From: a virus
Virus record (IMG/VR): IMGVR_UViG_3300028048_000073
Location: 1 to 62,659 of that record
Reading direction: 5' to 3' (one strand)
Length of the DNA stretch: 62,659 nucleotides
Shown here piece by piece: positions 48,328-58,800 of the stretch. The position numbers and the translations under genes are program-made. The notes under the pieces are model-generated. The model was not told the origin of the DNA. It saw only the letters and a program-made list of their open reading frames with translations, and did no database searches. Numbering within the stretch: position 1 is the stretch's first letter; every line of letters begins with the position of its first letter.

Positions 48328-49203
48328 ATGTTCAACACAAGTAAAGACAGCGGTTATAGTTTATCTGATATTGCCGCAGTAACAGGCAATGGATACGGCG
48401 GCAACCGCGGTGATGGTATTTTTGGTGATGGAGGCTCTTGGTGGATAATTCTATTTATCCTGCTCATCTTCGGTGGATGGGGTGGAAATAACTGGGGTGG
48501 AAATGGAAACAGCGGAATAAACGGCATCCTCCCAGTAATGGCTATGAACAGTTCAGCTGCAACTGATGTTCAAAGAGGATTCGATCAATCCGCTGTTATG
48601 AATGCTTTATCAGGGCTAACATCTGCAGTCTCTAATGGTTTTGCGAACGCAGAGGTTACAAGATGCAATGCCCAAGCTAATTTATTGTCCACTCTTGGCA
48701 GTAACCAAATGGGACTATATCAAACCCTCAATGCAAATCAAAATGCGACAACAGCAAACATGAATGCGCTTGCAATGAGTCTACAGAATTGTTGCTGCGA
48801 TAACCGTGCAGGACTAGCTGATTTGAAATATACTGTAGCAACTGAGAATTGCGCAGATAGAACAGCTCTTAACGACGGTATTAGAGATTTAATGGCTGCG
48901 GGTACTGCCAATACCCAAGCATTAATTAATTCTCAGACAGCAGGTTTCCAAGCAATTCAAGACAAACTTTGTCAGATGGAAATTGACGCTCTTAAAGATA
49001 AGAACGCAGAGCTTCTCGCTCGTAATAATGCACTTGAATTTGCTCAGACCCAGACTGCACAAACAGCTCAGATTCTTGCGGACAACGCTGCTCAAACAGC
49101 TACATTGGAACAATATCTCAACCCTGCTCCAATTCCAGCCTATGTAGTTCAAAATCCAAATTGTTGCAGCCAGCAATATTTTGGATGCGGTTGTGGCGCA
49201 TAA
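48328..49203 (+). CDS. Gly-rich membrane protein with Ala/Asn/Gln-rich repeats and Cys clusters (NCCCDN, NCCSQQYFGCGCGA)
   Basis: 291-aa ORF, AAAGGAGAA RBS; TM segment WWIILFILLIFGGW flanked by GGxGG/NWGGNGN. Confidence 0.5.
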   Translation: MFNTSKDSGYSLSDIAAVTGNGYGGNRGDGIFGDGGSWWIILFILLIFGGWGGNNWGGNGNSGINGILPVMAMNSSAATDVQRGFDQSAVMNALSGLTSAVSNGFANAEVTRCNAQANLLSTLGSNQMGLYQTLNANQNATTANMNALAMSLQNCCCDNRAGLADLKYTVATENCADRTALNDGIRDLMAAGTANTQALINSQTAGFQAIQDKLCQMEIDALKDKNAELLARNNALEFAQTQTAQTAQILADNAAQTATLEQYLNPAPIPAYVVQNPNCCSQQYFGCGCGA

Positions 49204-49225
49204 TTTGAAAGGAGAGTATTAAACA

Positions 49226-49660
49226 ATGGCAGAATATACAAGTAATGCCTTGCAGACAGTAGCTGCAGGACAAAATGTACTTTTTACTGAGACACCAATT
49301 CCCTGTAATAGGGGCTATGTCCTTCATCGTGAGGGATCTGGTATTCTCACTTTACGCGGCATTGTGAATAATTGTAACGGGTGTTTTGCCCGTTACAAGG
49401 TTTCCTTTGGCGCAAATATAGCTCTCCCTGAAGGCGGTACCGTTGAAGCAATTTCATTGGCTTTAGCTATTGATGGAGAACCTATTCCAACAAGCTCAAT
49501 GATTGTAACTCCCGCCGCAGTGGAAGAGTTTGATAACGTGTATGCGTCTATTTTCATCACGGTGCCCAGAGGTTGCTGCTATACAATAGCAGTTGAAAAT
49601 ACAAGCACGCAAGCTATCGACGTTCAAAATGCAAATTTAATTATAGAAAGGACGGCGTAA
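49226..49660 (+). CDS. BclA C-terminal-domain-like (C1q/TNF-like jelly-roll) protein
   Basis: 144 aa ending ...YTIAVENTSTQAIDVQNANLIIERTA; this parallels the Bacillus BclA C-terminus ...ITVIANTATAS...SASIIIEKVA, recalled from memory. Confidence 0.45.
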   Translation: MAEYTSNALQTVAAGQNVLFTETPIPCNRGYVLHREGSGILTLRGIVNNCNGCFARYKVSFGANIALPEGGTVEAISLALAIDGEPIPTSSMIVTPAAVEEFDNVYASIFITVPRGCCYTIAVENTSTQAIDVQNANLIIERTA

Positions 49661-49666
49661 TAGATA

Positions 49667-50260
49667 ATGAGTGTTGAAAGATTAAAAAGTATTAAAGAAC
49701 AGCTTATGAGTTGTGTAGAGTCTCAAATGCATAATCTAAAAGAAGTAGACGCAAAAGAACTTGGTGAAGCTGTTGATATGGTAAAAGATATGGAAGAGGC
49801 TATTTACTATTGTACAATAGTAGAAGCTATGAAGGAAACAGATAAAAAGCCTTCGGAAATCCAACCCGTTAATAATACATATTATTATGGAGGCGGCTAT
49901 CCAATTTACTATGGGGAAGATATGCGTATGATAGACCGACGCAATGGTCAAATGTATTATGATGGAAATAGAAGTACAATGCCATCCAATATGAATACTC
50001 GACCATATACAGACTGGTATGACCACGGACCTGAAGTTTCTCAAGTGAGAGATTCTCGTGAGGGTAGAAGTCCTATGTATAGAAAGATGTATATGGAAGG
50101 GCAGGAAAAACAGCATAATAAAGATACCCAAATGAAAGAATTAGAAAAATATATGCAGGAGCTCTCTACCGACATTACAGAAATGATTGCTAAAGCTTCT
50201 CCAGAGGAGAAAGCTATTTTACGTCAAAAAATGACTAATTTAGCTAATAAAATTGCTTAA
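49667..50260 (+). CDS. hypothetical Tyr/Met-rich protein
   Basis: 197-aa ORF. Confidence 0.4.
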   Translation: MSVERLKSIKEQLMSCVESQMHNLKEVDAKELGEAVDMVKDMEEAIYYCTIVEAMKETDKKPSEIQPVNNTYYYGGGYPIYYGEDMRMIDRRNGQMYYDGNRSTMPSNMNTRPYTDWYDHGPEVSQVRDSREGRSPMYRKMYMEGQEKQHNKDTQMKELEKYMQELSTDITEMIAKASPEEKAILRQKMTNLANKIA

Positions 50261-50580
50261 TGTTTATAATTAATGGAGAGACCTGGAATGTGAGATATGT
50301 AAACCCATATGATTCTTCTTTAAAACACTATAACAATAATACCTACGCATTAGGCTGTTGCAATAATATTGAAAAAACAATTTATATCAATAACACGCTA
50401 CGGGGGTCATTAGCTAAAAAAGTATTATGTCATGAAATTGCACATGCCGCAATGTTTTCGTATGGAGTTGATTTAACATATGAGCAAGAGGAATTAGTAG
50501 CAGATCTGATTGCTACATATGGGGATGAAATTATCTTTATTACAAATAAAATATTTAACAAATTAAGAGAGGGGTATTAA
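50260..50580 (+). CDS. small HExxH zinc-metallopeptidase-like protein (SprT / ImmA-IrrE-like motif LCHEIAHAAMFSYG)
   Basis: 106-aa ORF with TAATG overlap with the previous gene. Confidence 0.45.
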   Translation: MFIINGETWNVRYVNPYDSSLKHYNNNTYALGCCNNIEKTIYINNTLRGSLAKKVLCHEIAHAAMFSYGVDLTYEQEELVADLIATYGDEIIFITNKIFNKLREGY

Positions 50581-50594
50581 CCCTCTCTTTTTTA
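50566..50594. terminator. terminator hairpin agagaggg-gtattaa-ccctctct plus T6, between convergent gene blocks
   Basis: seen directly; convergent genes end on both sides. Confidence 0.6.
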
Positions 50595-51077
50595 TCGAAA
50601 GAAAGAAGGAACAAAAGCGGAGTAAGCAATACAAATTGCATCTGCTATATCATCATTAACTTTTATACCATAATGTGTTTCTACATAGTGGATATCAGAC
50701 TTTTTTAACTTTTCTCTTATTTCTCCTTTACCTGTATGAATACCAATGCGAGAACGCCATGAATTAGGATATATTAATTCTGTTTTTATTTTTGGAAACT
50801 TTTTATATAGCATCATCATAACAATAGCTTGTAAGTACATAAGCGCTTTCCAAGTTTTAACATTTTTACCAGTTGTTGGTATAACTTCTTCCATTATAAT
50901 TTTTTCTATATCTGGATATCTATTTAATATATCTTCAATACCGCCTACAATTTTTTCTATTCTTTTCATTAAGTCAGTAGAAGATGCTGTAAGGCAGGTA
51001 TAATAGATTAATTCTTTATCTTCAAATATGGCAACTCCAGTGCTTTTTGTTGACATATCCAATCCCATAATTTTCAT
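50592..51077 (-). CDS. RuvC-like Holliday junction resolvase
   Basis: N-terminus MKIMGLDMSTKSTGVAIF is a typical RuvC-fold start. It has the acidic catalytic residues expected of a RuvC fold, and its 161-aa size matches Lactococcus-phage-type resolvases. Confidence 0.6.
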   Translation of the reverse strand: MKIMGLDMSTKSTGVAIFEDKELIYYTCLTASSTDLMKRIEKIVGGIEDILNRYPDIEKIIMEEVIPTTGKNVKTWKALMYLQAIVMMMLYKKFPKIKTELIYPNSWRSRIGIHTGKGEIREKLKKSDIHYVETHYGIKVNDDIADAICIAYSAFVPSFFR

Positions 51078-51178
51078 ATCTTAATCAGTCCTTCCTTTGT
51101 TTACATTATATCAAAATTTTTAAAAGAAGTCAAATTAAGATAGACAAAAAAAGAGTGACTTTAAGTCACTCTTTAAAA

Positions 51179-51619
51179 TTATATTCCAGTGCTACCAAAG
51201 CCGCCTATTCCACGAGCCGTTTCACTTAATTCATCCGCAACAGTAAATTCAGTATTTAGATAGGGAAGAAGAACTATTTGCGCAATTCGGTCTCCTTGCT
51301 TTATTACTCTTGCTTCATTAGAGTCATTATACATTGGAATTTTAATTTCTCCTCGGTAATCGGCGTCAATCACCGCAACCGCATTTGCAAGTCGGAGTCC
51401 CTGCTTTGTAGCTAATCCACTGCGAGGGAAAATCGCACCAAAAAGAGTAACAGGAATTTCCATAGCAATACCAGTACCTATTACTTCTGTTGTATGGGGT
51501 TGAATGACAATTTCTTTTTCAGGTACAGCCGCATAAAGATCGTGCCCCGCAGACCATACTGTTCCTTTTGTGGGGATAGTTGCTAATTCATTTAAAATCT
51601 TAATTTTTGTATTCATCAC
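51179..51619 (-). CDS. dut: dUTP diphosphatase
   Basis: motifs AGHDLY, RSGLATK, VIDADYRGEI and GDRIAQ in a 146-aa ORF. Confidence 0.8.
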   Translation of the reverse strand: MMNTKIKILNELATIPTKGTVWSAGHDLYAAVPEKEIVIQPHTTEVIGTGIAMEIPVTLFGAIFPRSGLATKQGLRLANAVAVIDADYRGEIKIPMYNDSNEARVIKQGDRIAQIVLLPYLNTEFTVADELSETARGIGGFGSTGI

Positions 51620-51858
51620 AGCACCTCATAAGAAATAGCTACTTGGTCTTCGGGCTCGCGGATATCAGTAAAAGCTCTTACGAGCTGAACTTTAAAAAAC
51701 TCATCTATAACTTCGCCCTTAGCTTTACGTTCTTTATATTCACTTGTATATTTGGTGAGTGTCGAATGGCTATCCTGCTTTGCTGTTTCAATCAGTTCCT
51801 TAGCCTCTGCCTCTGTATCTACTCTATATGTCTCTGTTGTTGTAATCAAGTATTTCAT
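51616..51858 (-). CDS. hypothetical protein
   Basis: 80-aa ORF with ATGA overlap with dut. Confidence 0.4.
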   Translation of the reverse strand: MKYLITTTETYRVDTEAEAKELIETAKQDSHSTLTKYTSEYKERKAKGEVIDEFFKVQLVRAFTDIREPEDQVAISYEVL

Positions 51859-51875
51859 ATTCCTTTTTCTCCTTA

Positions 51876-52172
51876 TTATTTTGTGATAATAACTTCAACG
51901 TTACTCTTACTATATGCTTCTTTTGCAATCTTTTCTATGCTATCTTTTAGTCCCATAGAAAATTTTTTATGCCCTTTAATATTAATTCGATCTGCTGAAT
52001 ATGTACTCCATAGAGTATAACATTCTTTTGCAAAATCTGTTGTTTTTACTTTAAAAACTTGTTTTTGTTTTTTATCTTCAAGTAAAAAAATAGTTTGCAT
52101 TAGATCAAAAGGTTGAATTTTGCATACTAATTCTTTCATTTTAACAATCAATAACTCCTCTGTCATACTCAA
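51876..52172 (-). CDS. hypothetical protein
   Basis: 98-aa ORF. Confidence 0.4.
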   Translation of the reverse strand: MSMTEELLIVKMKELVCKIQPFDLMQTIFLLEDKKQKQVFKVKTTDFAKECYTLWSTYSADRINIKGHKKFSMGLKDSIEKIAKEAYSKSNVEVIITK

Positions 52173-52512
52173 ACAAGTAATAGCAACTGTTCATATCATC
52201 TTCATATCTTATCCAAATTTCATATGCAAGATTATCTGGAGTTCTATCAATAGCTAAAATCGTTCCACGCTCTTTCATACATTCAATAGCTTCTTCTGCT
52301 GCTTTAATATAAGATTTTTCATTCTGTAAATGAAACAAAGTATAATCAGAACGCTCTTTACAAAGCATCATAAAATATTCAGCAGAACTATTTTTGAAGA
52401 ACATTTCTAAAGATTTTCGCTTATTAATTAAATTCATACCAGACATTTTCTTTTCATTTGCCATTAGTTGTTGATTCATCTCATATAGTGTTTGACCTTG
52501 AATTTCAGCCAT
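52141..52512 (-). CDS. hypothetical protein
   Basis: Track ORF trimmed to MAEIQ, the ATG after an AAAGGAG RBS. Confidence 0.4.
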   Translation of the reverse strand: MAEIQGQTLYEMNQQLMANEKKMSGMNLINKRKSLEMFFKNSSAEYFMMLCKERSDYTLFHLQNEKSYIKAAEEAIECMKERGTILAIDRTPDNLAYEIWIRYEDDMNSCYYLFEYDRGVIDC

Positions 52513-52562
52513 GCTTTTTCTCCTTTTCATTATCTTACAAGATAATTATAACATAAATTTTT

Positions 52563-53048
52563 TTAAAAATCAACCCCTCGACGGAGGATACGTTGATTTG
52601 AACTTCCGCGAAGTTTTAAAGTAATATCTCTTTTATCTTTTTCATAACGTCCATCCACAATTGTATCAACAAGACTTAGGATAGTACCAATATCATTATC
52701 ATTCATATTCAAAAGAGCTTCTAAAGTATATCCTGTCCAAAGGTTAAGAGTAAGATCAGGATAAATCTTATGAATTGCAACAAGTAGTTTTGCTACTTCT
52801 GCCCTATTCTCTGGCGCCAATGGCTCCCCGCCTAAAACGGAAAAGAATGAGAGATATTCCTTTTTTTGTCCAATTAAAGAGAGTATTAATTCTTTAGTGG
52901 CGGAGGTAAATAACTCTCCGCCATTAAAGTCCCATGTTGATTGATTAAAGCACTCTGAACAATGAAAATGGCATCCTTGGACAAATAAAGAAATGCCAAA
53001 TCCTTGTCCATTTGTTACATCCGTTTCCCTTATTTGTGCGTATCTCAT
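52563..53048 (-). CDS. nrdG: anaerobic ribonucleotide reductase activating protein (radical SAM, CxxxCxxC = CHFHCSEC)
   Basis: 161 aa; GQGFGISLFVQGCHFHCSEC; lies immediately downstream of nrdD. Confidence 0.8.
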   Translation of the reverse strand: MRYAQIRETDVTNGQGFGISLFVQGCHFHCSECFNQSTWDFNGGELFTSATKELILSLIGQKKEYLSFFSVLGGEPLAPENRAEVAKLLVAIHKIYPDLTLNLWTGYTLEALLNMNDNDIGTILSLVDTIVDGRYEKDKRDITLKLRGSSNQRILRRGVDF

Positions 53049-53049
53049 A

Positions 53050-55242
53050 TTATTCTCCTATTGCATGATCTGTTACATGAACGTAGCGATTAACAAATTC
53101 ATCCATTCGTCCTTGATTTGGAACAGTTGTAGAAATATAACCACAAACTCTACGAGCAATATTCATTTTATCTGTGTTAGTATTTCCGCAATTTGGACAT
53201 TTATAATAGTGTTTGCCTAACTCGTTGGTTTTAATCTCAATTTCTCCATCATAACCACACTCTTGGCAATAGTCTGACTTAGTATTTAATTCCGCGTAGC
53301 CAATATGATGAGAAATAAATTTAATGATTTCTAAAATCGCAGGTATATTATCTTGTAAGTTAGAAGTTTCTCCATAAGAAATATATCCGCCAGGACTTAG
53401 TTTCTGATATTCTGCTTCTATTTTTAGCTTATCAAATATATTAATATGCTCTTTAACATCTACATGATAAGAATTAATTATATATTCTTTATCAGTAATA
53501 TCTTTGATAATTCCAAAATCTCTTTGAAGAGCCTTTGCAAATTTCCAAGTCAAACTCTCTTCCGGAGTGCCATATACAGAGTATCCAATATCTTCTTCTT
53601 GTGCCCATTTGTTACACATATCATTAAGATGTTGCATTAATTCTTTTGCAAATTTCATACCTTGGGGAGTGGTATGACTAAAACCAGTCATTACTTTTGT
53701 AGTTTCATAAACTCCAACATAACCAAGAGAAGAGGTCATATAACCATGATGAACTAAATCATATAAAGTTTCTTCGGGGTCTAATCGAGCCAATGCTCCA
53801 TGACACCAAAGAATTGGTGCTACCTTTGCCTTAGTGTTGGATAATCGTTCTGCTCTAATTTTTTGAATTTGGTGACATTCTTCTAAATACTTATCCAATA
53901 TTTCGTAAAAATCTTTATTTTGTTTTTGTGATAGTAAAGCGATATAAGGAAGATTGATAGTAGTAACGCCGCAATTTGCGCGTCCATAATACTTGGGCTG
54001 TCCCTGAACGTAATCTTTTGCTTTTGCTAAATTTCCATATTTGCTTGAAAAAGTATCTGGGGATAAACTACTGCGGCATCCCATGCTCGGCCAACAACCG
54101 CCCTTATTATGAGTCATTACTTCTGCACTTACATAGTCTGGAACCATACGTTTTGCTGTGCATTTTGCAGCTAACTCTGTTAGCCACCAATACTCAGATT
54201 GTTCGTTATCATTATCTTTATCCAAAATGTATAGAAGTTTTGGAAAAGCTTGTGTTATGGGTATTCCCTGTGGATTTTTTAAACCTTCAATTCTTTGTTT
54301 AAAAATTTCTGCGGTTAATTGAGCTACTTCATTTTTATACTGTTTTTGCTCATTGAGATACATACATACGCTAACAAATGGCGACTGACCATTAGTTGTG
54401 GTGAAACTATTTAGCTGATAGTTCATTGTTTGAACAGCGTCTTCAATTTCTTTAGCTAAATCTTGTTTTGCTAGTTTTTCCGCTTGCTCACGAGTAACAA
54501 TCTTTTTATATTTTTCTAAATATCTTTCATAGCTTGCTCGAACAAAAGGAGCTAAATGTGTGAGTGAAAAAGTACAACCTCCATATTGCGAACTAGCCAC
54601 TGCACTTACAATTTGTGTAGCAATAGTCATGGCAGTAATAAGTCTATGGGGTTTTTCGATAAGAACTCCATTAATTACAGTACCATTTTGTAGCATATCA
54701 TTAAGATTAATTAAGCAACAGTTAGACAATGTTTCTTGTGCCATATAATCCATATCGTGAATATGAATAATTCCCTTTTCATGATCTTGAATTATTTCTT
54801 GCGGGAATATATATTTTTTTGCAATATATTTAGAAAGAATCCCCGCCAAATAGTCACGCTGAGTAGTTACTAATTCAGCTCTTTTATTAGAGTTTTCCGT
54901 TTTCAAATATTCATTTTCACCTTTAACAAGTTCTAGGGCAGGCTTATCAAGAGGGGTAGTTCTCATAATGTCGCGCAATTGGCGATATTCAATATAAGCA
55001 TGAGCAACATCTCTTCTTTTTGTTGCCATGAGACCATTTTCAACATAGTCCTGAATTTCTTCTATTGTCAAAACCTTCTCTTTGCAAACTATTTCAATAT
55101 AGTCTGCAATTTTTTCTGCTTTCGAGATAGCATAATCTGTAAGTTGTCCATCTACAGCTGCAAAAGCTTTTAATACGGCTTTTACGATTTTATCTTTATC
55201 AAATTCAACTTTTCTGCCATCTCTTTTTATTATGTAAACCAT
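53050..55242 (-). CDS. nrdD: anaerobic ribonucleoside-triphosphate reductase (class III)
   Basis: 730 aa; ATP-cone-like N-terminus; C-terminal Zn site CQECG...CPNCG; glycyl-radical motif RRVCGY. Confidence 0.85.
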   Translation of the reverse strand: MVYIIKRDGRKVEFDKDKIVKAVLKAFAAVDGQLTDYAISKAEKIADYIEIVCKEKVLTIEEIQDYVENGLMATKRRDVAHAYIEYRQLRDIMRTTPLDKPALELVKGENEYLKTENSNKRAELVTTQRDYLAGILSKYIAKKYIFPQEIIQDHEKGIIHIHDMDYMAQETLSNCCLINLNDMLQNGTVINGVLIEKPHRLITAMTIATQIVSAVASSQYGGCTFSLTHLAPFVRASYERYLEKYKKIVTREQAEKLAKQDLAKEIEDAVQTMNYQLNSFTTTNGQSPFVSVCMYLNEQKQYKNEVAQLTAEIFKQRIEGLKNPQGIPITQAFPKLLYILDKDNDNEQSEYWWLTELAAKCTAKRMVPDYVSAEVMTHNKGGCWPSMGCRSSLSPDTFSSKYGNLAKAKDYVQGQPKYYGRANCGVTTINLPYIALLSQKQNKDFYEILDKYLEECHQIQKIRAERLSNTKAKVAPILWCHGALARLDPEETLYDLVHHGYMTSSLGYVGVYETTKVMTGFSHTTPQGMKFAKELMQHLNDMCNKWAQEEDIGYSVYGTPEESLTWKFAKALQRDFGIIKDITDKEYIINSYHVDVKEHINIFDKLKIEAEYQKLSPGGYISYGETSNLQDNIPAILEIIKFISHHIGYAELNTKSDYCQECGYDGEIEIKTNELGKHYYKCPNCGNTNTDKMNIARRVCGYISTTVPNQGRMDEFVNRYVHVTDHAIGE

Positions 55243-55290
55243 TATAATTGGCCTCCTTAGATATATAAATTAGTTTAAAGGAAAGCATCC

Positions 55291-55896
55291 TTATAATATA
55301 TTATTTTTTGAATTGAAATATTTAATTGCTTCGTCCATTATATTTTTAACTAAAACTTCCGTTGGGAAATCTTCATAATCAGTCTGCGTATATCCTAAAT
55401 AAAGATGAGGATACTTGTTAAAAAATGCCTCAAAATCTTTTTTATCGGTATGATAACGTCTTATAATTTCTTCTATATCTGGAGAAATTTCTCTGTTCAA
55501 ACTTCTAATTAATCGTACTTTATCAAAGCAATCCAAAAAACAAGGAAAAACACATATATCTTGCTTCTCTTTCTCGCGGCAAAGCAAAAAATCAATTCCT
55601 GTAGGATTAAAAACGCCAATATTTATTTTTGAAACTCTAAGATCCTCAATACCTGTTCCATAATACCAATTATTGAAAACAGTTGTTTCTAAAAATTTAC
55701 CTTGAGCTTCTTTTAAAGCAAAGTCCATTTTATTGACAAAATGATAATTGATTCCATCTACCTCTCCAATACGCTTTGGGCGAGTGGTGTATGAAACAAT
55801 AGTATGAATATCTTTAGGATATTGTTTTTCAATGGCTTTGAGCAGCGTGTCTTTCCCCGCGCCGCTCTTACCAAATATAGCAAGTATGTTATACAT
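55291..55896 (-). CDS. gmk: guanylate kinase-like (d)NMP kinase
   Basis: GKSGAGKDTL P-loop and TTRPKRIGEVDGINYHFV match Gmk TTRPPRxGExDGxDYxFV. Start trimmed to MYNIL after a GGAGGA RBS. Confidence 0.65.
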   Translation of the reverse strand: MYNILAIFGKSGAGKDTLLKAIEKQYPKDIHTIVSYTTRPKRIGEVDGINYHFVNKMDFALKEAQGKFLETTVFNNWYYGTGIEDLRVSKINIGVFNPTGIDFLLCREKEKQDICVFPCFLDCFDKVRLIRSLNREISPDIEEIIRRYHTDKKDFEAFFNKYPHLYLGYTQTDYEDFPTEVLVKNIMDEAIKYFNSKNNIL

Positions 55897-58800
55897 ATTC
55901 TTCCTCCGTTTTGTATCTTTCACTTGTCAAGACTAAGCTGTCTTTATTTACTTTTGTTATTTTATATAACTGATGACCAGGGGTATCAAAATAAGTCTTT
56001 GATACAAAAGTATCATCTTTACGATATCCTTGAATCATAAGTTTTGTTCCTCTCTTGAACCAAGATTTTTCCTTTACGTGCTTATCGCCTGCTTCATCTT
56101 TTTCAGATATCTGTTTCTTAAACATAGCATAATACTCTTTTGTGAACTTTACATTGACGACACCATCCACTGTCAGCAGAGCAATGGATGCCTTTGTATC
56201 ATTCTTACCGATAACAGTGCCTGCAATTCTTTTTATTTTATAAACAGGAAGTCGTCTACCATTCCTCTTATAATAATGGTCAACTTCTGGCTGCTGTGGC
56301 ATTGAGAAGAAGTTTTCAATTCCATATCTATTGAAATCAACATTTGCTAACTCATGTGGATGTGAGTAGAAACATAATGCAGACATTTCCCAGAATGAGA
56401 TACTTCCTTCGGCATAATGATCCCAATAATCTAAGAACAGCTTTATATTCAATTCTTGTAGAACTTGCTCTTGATATTCTTTAAGCCAAGTGCGGGCGCC
56501 ATCCATGAACTTATCATATAACTTTGCCCATACGGAGACCTTTATGCAAGGAGTTCCCGCAATTATTTCAACCTTATCAATATCAAAATACTGCTCATAG
56601 AAGTTGTAACAGTCATCATCAAAAGCATAATAGCCCCTTACTTTTCGCTTTGCTTTAAGATATTTATTAAAGTTAAAAGCATATTTGTATTGAACCATAT
56701 TCTCAGGAATTAAATCTTGGTTAATTAGTCCATTAAAATTCTGTAAGGTTAATCTCCGCTTCGGCTCACAAGCCTTTGCACAGAAGATTGTCATAATCAA
56801 AATGCGGGGGTCAACCCCTAATTCCATTGCCCATTCTCTCTCCAAGTTATCAAATGCACCACCTTTAATAAGTGATAACATCGTTGGCTTTTTCAAAGGG
56901 CATCTATTCATAAAATCAAAGAAGCTAACATAAGGTCTGCCCGCAATAATCTGGTCAATCTGTGCTTCATTAACCTGTGTAACTGGCTTTAATCCATATA
57001 GAATTTGATTATTTTTTGCATCCGGTTTAAACGTATATCCTGAACTATTGATATCAATAATAGAAACTTTAATTCCTCTATTAATTAATGTTCCAATAGC
57101 ACGAGCAATTTTTTCATAGTTGGCATTTTTTGCTTTTTTAGCATTATCTTCTTCTTCTTCTTCTTCATCCCATTCATTTTCTTCTGAATTGCTATTCACA
57201 ATTAAGCATGCTGTATTCCAATAAATGGGATTCCAATTTGTAGCTAAAAATGCTGTCTGCAGTCCTATGAAACTATAAGCAAGCGCATGGATGACGCTAA
57301 AACTGTAGGTAGCTTGAGGTTTTACCCCACAATCCCATATATATCTTCCTAAGTTAGGAGATTTTGCTCTTGTTTGAACTTTTATTTTTAATTCATTAAT
57401 GCGTTTTGTTTGTTTCTTTGAAATAATTTTGCGTGCGTCGTTACTTTCTGCCAGCGAGAAATTACAAATATTGGCGTCCATCAACATCCGCATAAGATCT
57501 TCTTGAGCGATTGGAACACCGCAAGAGGGTTCAAAATACGGTCTAACAGCTTCTACTTCTTCTCTTGTCAAACCATATTTTCTCATTTCATCGTACCACA
57601 ATGCAATATTCTTCTTAAAACGGATATATTTTTCCATAGGCGGTTCCGCGCCTTTTTCGCTTGGTGCTAATCTCATAAGTCCGTTACTAAGTGCTAATTC
57701 TTCAACTGACCGGGGAGCAATTTTCTTTGCCGCTTGGCTTCCTACGTCTGAGTCAAATTGGAATAAATCTAGCACACATCCTTCTTTGATCGCTTGCCAA
57801 ATTTCTTTTCGATTGGTAGGAAGAACCTCAGGGTGAAGATATTTATTGTAGATTTCTCTTAACGACAAATCCTTTTCTATTTGCCCATCTTCTTGTAAAA
57901 GTTTTATTGTTTGTAATATTTTATCTTGGATTTTTGTGATCAGAACGTCATATTTAATGTTCCCTGCCGCCTCGGCTTGATGAAGATCCCATTGTGTAAT
58001 AATATCTCCATTTGGCGCACGCATAAAAGCACACTTTTCAAAAGGATTTCCTTCAAAAAAGATAACCCCGGATGCATGCTCTCCTCTGCCGCTAATTGTT
58101 TGCTGCACGCCTAACGCAATATCAATTAATCCAGGGTATTGTTCAACCTCTCTTACAAAAGGCATTACAGGTTTTCTCGCCTTTTCTTCATTTCCATAAA
58201 GAACATCCTCTAATGACCAAGCTTCTCCTCTTTCAGTGGGAATTAGACTAGAAAGATACTGACCGATGTCAATATCAATGCCTTCTGGCCACTCTTCGGA
58301 ACGATAACCTCGACAAGCTACAAGAATTGCAGATTTTGCACTCTCTGTTCTAAAAGTTGCAACAAGAGTACAGCCTAAATTTTCCTTAAAAATATCGTCT
58401 AAATCATCATCTAAATAAGCTTTTCGTTCTGCTTTAATTCGTTTCAAGATAGTAGGGCGACGATCTGAAGCTACATCTATGTCAACATCAGCAATTTCAA
58501 GTCTTTCACTGTTCATATAACGAAACCAAGGGAGGTTCCATTTGACCGGGTCTAGCTGCGTAATTCCCAATAACCAGTGATTTAGTCCTGCACAGGCGCT
58601 TCCTCGTCCCGCTCCGACCGTGCTTCCGCAATCCCATATCATATCAATATAGTGTTGCAAAGTAACTGGATAAGAAAACATATTGGTATGGATTTTTTCT
58701 CCAATGATTTTCTTAGTACAAGCTTCTTCTTCAAGCCTTTCCAAGTAAATAATTTTATCAGGGTCTTCTTCCCAATTAATGTTTTTGCTCTTTAATCCTT

